64,000 nt of DNA from Candidatus Saccharimonadota bacterium (GTDB lineage: Bacteria > Patescibacteriota > Saccharimonadia > Saccharimonadales > Saccharimonadaceae): assembly GCA_017404515.1 (NCBI GenBank), contig JAFRCG010000004.1:1156-65155 (forward strand), in the 5' to 3' direction. The position numbers and the translations under genes are program-made. Positions 62,069-64,000 of this stretch are shown here, piece after piece (position 1 is the stretch's first letter; each line of letters opens with the position of its first letter). The notes below the pieces were generated by a model. The model was not told the origin of the DNA. It saw nothing but the letters and a program-made list of their open reading frames with translations, and searched no databases.

Positions 62069-64000
62069 CTAATCTTCAAAGGTGTAAGTGGCAATGATAT
62101 CGTTTAGCGCGTTGGCGTAATCTTCAGTGGTGAGAGTGCCATCACCCTCATTGGATTGGATGAAATCTTCGTAGAGGTCGATAATGGAGTCAAAGCGAGG
62201 GTCACTAACAGAGACTTCGTCTAGATAGTCTCTGGAACGGTCAATGAAGGTGTGAACATCATAGGCATATTCGGCGGCGAGATTATCAATTCTAACGCGA
62301 TGGTTGCGGCTGTCCTCTGGGCTTTGAGCCCAAACGCTCCATGGGGCGGATCTCTCTTCTTGCAAGAACTCGCGGTCAACTTGGCGATCTTCTTCGGTTA
62401 GCTGATATGGCTGGTCGCTTGGATCTGGCATGCCACTGTTGGCGCGAGCTGCGGAATTTTGCATGCGCTCTCTGAGGGCAGCAGAAGGCTGATTGGGGTT
62501 AGGATTTGGATGACGATCTGGAGAAATTCTCCTACGCAAATCACGAGCATGAGAGATAGTATCGCTTTGTTGTTTGGCAAAAGGATTATTGAGAGCAGGA
62601 TATCGGTTACGCCACTCTGAGTCGTTCCATTTTTCCATAGAATCAAGGAGGCCACTCCAAGATTCGGCTACACCAGGTTTCTGATTGTCGATGATGCCAT
62701 TAGTAATACGAGACATCATAGTGGCAAATTTTGGCGCAGCTGGAATAAGGTATTTATTGAGGATGGTATTTTTGAGCTGATCTAAGGTGGCGTTTTCGAG
62801 TGGGATTTTCTTTGTGGCAACTTTTGGTAAGCCATTTTTGTCAAAGACGATATTGCCGTGCTCGTCTAGTTCAAACTCGGTACCCTTTAGGCTTTCGCCG
62901 TTGACATTTTTGAAAGATCTGAGGGACTCTTCGTCAAATAGCATGCGCTCCCAGTTGGCTGGGTCCATAAGCATACGGAGCTGGTTAAACTCGGCAGCGT
63001 CTTGAGTGTTGAAGCCACTTGGTTTGGCAGTCTTGGTTAGGTTATCAAGACGGGCAATGTTTAGGTGGATAAAGTCTTTAATATAGCGTTGACCAACGGA
63101 AGTAGCATACATTGGACCGGCAAAGGCGGCTTTTTCTTTGAAGCCAGAAGACATAGTGGCACGGTTCAAAGTGGTGCTAAGTGAGGCTAGACCGACACCT
63201 TGGAGGTTGTTGGCAATGAGCTTTGGATCTCTATTCTCATAAACACCAGAGAGGATGCCATAGAGACCGTCAATAGGGTCGGCAATTGGCATATCCCAGT
63301 TGCTAAGAATCTCTTTCATAGCGGCACCATCATTCTTGTAGATACGAGCAATGAACTTACCCTCTTGGTCTCTGGCGTCATAGTAATAATGGCGCTCTTT
63401 CTTGCCGGTTTCTGGATTAGTAACTTCTTCAAACTTATCATAGGCAGATTGCTCAAGATATTCTGGATGATATTTAAGGAATTCGCCAGGGCTTTTCTCG
63501 TCGATTTTGATCTTTTCGCCAGTGACTTTATCAATGTATTCGCTAAGTTTTTCACGGCGGCCATTTTTATCAGGTTTAGTTGTGGCAAAACCATCATCGT
63601 CGACATAGTAACCAACAATCATGCTACGAGCATCGTTTTTGCCGTAGCCCCATTTAGCAAAGTCAAGGCTAGTGTAGCTTCTTCTGGTAGCTTCATGTTT
63701 AGCAGATTGGGAAATAACTTTGCCAAGTACCATATGCTCGCCTTCTTTGCCAAGAGCACCAGCTGCGCCAATGACATGATGTTTGTAGCGGTAGTCTCCT
63801 TCCCCGTACTGGCGGATCTTATTATATTGTCCCATGAGCCAGTCTTGGTCGGCGTATTGGTCAAATTCTTGGGCGATGCTAGCACGGGTAAACTCCATGA
63901 AGTTTTTACCGGCGGTGGCACCAAGGCGGAGATCGCGTTTAGTGTTGCCATGATAGTTATTGTAGTTGTTCAAAACATGCTCAGTATCTTTGGCGACATA
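62069..64000 (-). CDS. large soluble protein of unknown function, first visible gene of the T4SS operon (N-terminus probably beyond the window)
   Basis: The track start at 63973 is a TTG. The same frame stays open to position 64000 (YVAKDTEHVL...). I recognise no TM helix and no motif. Confidence 0.5.
   Translation of the reverse strand, partial: YVAKDTEHVLNNYNNYHGNTKRDLRLGATAGKNFMEFTRASIAQEFDQYADQDWLMGQYNKIRQYGEGDYRYKHHVIGAAGALGKEGEHMVLGKVISQSAKHEATRRSYTSLDFAKWGYGKNDARSMIVGYYVDDDGFATTKPDKNGRREKLSEYIDKVTGEKIKIDEKSPGEFLKYHPEYLEQSAYDKFEEVTNPETGKKERHYYYDARDQEGKFIARIYKNDGAAMKEILSNWDMPIADPIDGLYGILSGVYENRDPKLIANNLQGVGLASLSTTLNRATMSSGFKEKAAFAGPMYATSVGQRYIKDFIHLNIARLDNLTKTAKPSGFNTQDAAEFNQLRMLMDPANWERMLFDEESLRSFKNVNGESLKGTEFELDEHGNIVFDKNGLPKVATKKIPLENATLDQLKNTILNKYLIPAAPKFATMMSRITNGIIDNQKPGVAESWSGLLDSMEKWNDSEWRNRYPALNNPFAKQQSDTISHARDLRRRISPDRHPNPNPNQPSAALRERMQNSAARANSGMPDPSDQPYQLTEEDRQVDREFLQEERSAPWSVWAQSPEDSRNHRVRIDNLAAEYAYDVHTFIDRSRDYLDEVSVSDPRFDSIIDLYEDFIQSNEGDGTLTTEDYANALNDIIATYTFED

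Noticed and set aside
1-64000. CRISPR arrays, rRNA genes, IS elements with terminal inverted repeats, and diversity-generating retroelements (template/variable repeat pairs plus a reverse transcriptase)
   Set aside because: I saw no regularly spaced direct repeats, no rRNA-like stretches, no transposase or reverse transcriptase ORFs, and no near-identical repeat pair with A-specific mismatches. This was a by-eye scan, so short or diverged repeats could have been missed.
1-64000. Alternative genetic code (UGA as a sense codon, as in some CPR lineages)
   Set aside because: Conserved genes have normal lengths under the standard code, and TGA terminates well-supported ORFs such as the Bro-N gene at 7713-7715 and the cargo gene at 5367-5369.

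Overview
This is a compact, gene-dense chromosomal window that spans a replication origin. All calls come from reading the sequence and ORF track by hand; no homology search was run.

The origin region reads rpmH | DnaA-box cluster | dnaA | DnaA-box cluster | dnaN-recF. Gene content is Gram-positive-type (an LCP ligase, rhamnose polysaccharide genes, a Firmicutes-style type IV secretion system (T4SS)). There are many orphan proteins and short overlapping gene junctions. TGA is used as a stop codon (the Bro-N gene ends CTA TGA), so the code is standard. A Saccharibacteria/CPR-like (candidate phyla radiation) organism is my guess only.

Contents, left to right:
1. 1-2.3 kb: a small operon encoding a secreted protein, a membrane protein and an FtsB-like protein.
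2. 2.4-8.5 kb: a tRNA-Met(CAT) gene whose 3' end is repeated downstream three to four times. The first interval is a 4.3-kb island with a large serine recombinase, a two-gene cargo operon of unknown function and about 1.3 kb of ORF-free, hairpin-rich DNA. The next intervals look like decayed phage remnants (a Bro-N protein and a CHAP-like amidase).
3. 9.3-12.3 kb: housekeeping genes (an MscS-like channel, a MurC-family ligase).
4. 12.3-33.2 kb: about 21 kb of cell-wall glycopolymer genes. These include rmlABCD, galE, a WbaP-type initiating transferase, several GT2/GT4 glycosyltransferases, an ABC-2 exporter, a methyltransferase with a coiled-coil tail, and GtrA/GtrB/GT-C side-chain modules.
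5. 33.3-41.9 kb: an 864-aa secreted lectin with about 12 QxW ricin repeats, a DsbA-like protein, a LexA-N-domain-only regulator operon and an LCP ligase.
6. 42.0-51.6 kb: jag-yidC-rnpA, an ABC exporter pair inserted between rnpA and rpmH, then the origin with dnaA-dnaN-recF.
7. 51.5 kb to past 64 kb: one long minus-strand operon encoding an ICEBs1/Tn916-like T4SS. It encodes a PrgI/VirB3-like protein, an orphan protein resembling the VirB4 N-terminal domain, VirB4, a ConG/VirB6-like protein, and two tandem copies of a [CwlT-like hydrolase + anchored beta-rich protein] module. No relaxase or coupling protein is visible in the window.

One window-wide pattern stands out. Many operon-first genes have a TATAAT box only 6-11 nt upstream of the start codon and no Shine-Dalgarno (SD) sequence, which suggests widespread leaderless mRNAs.
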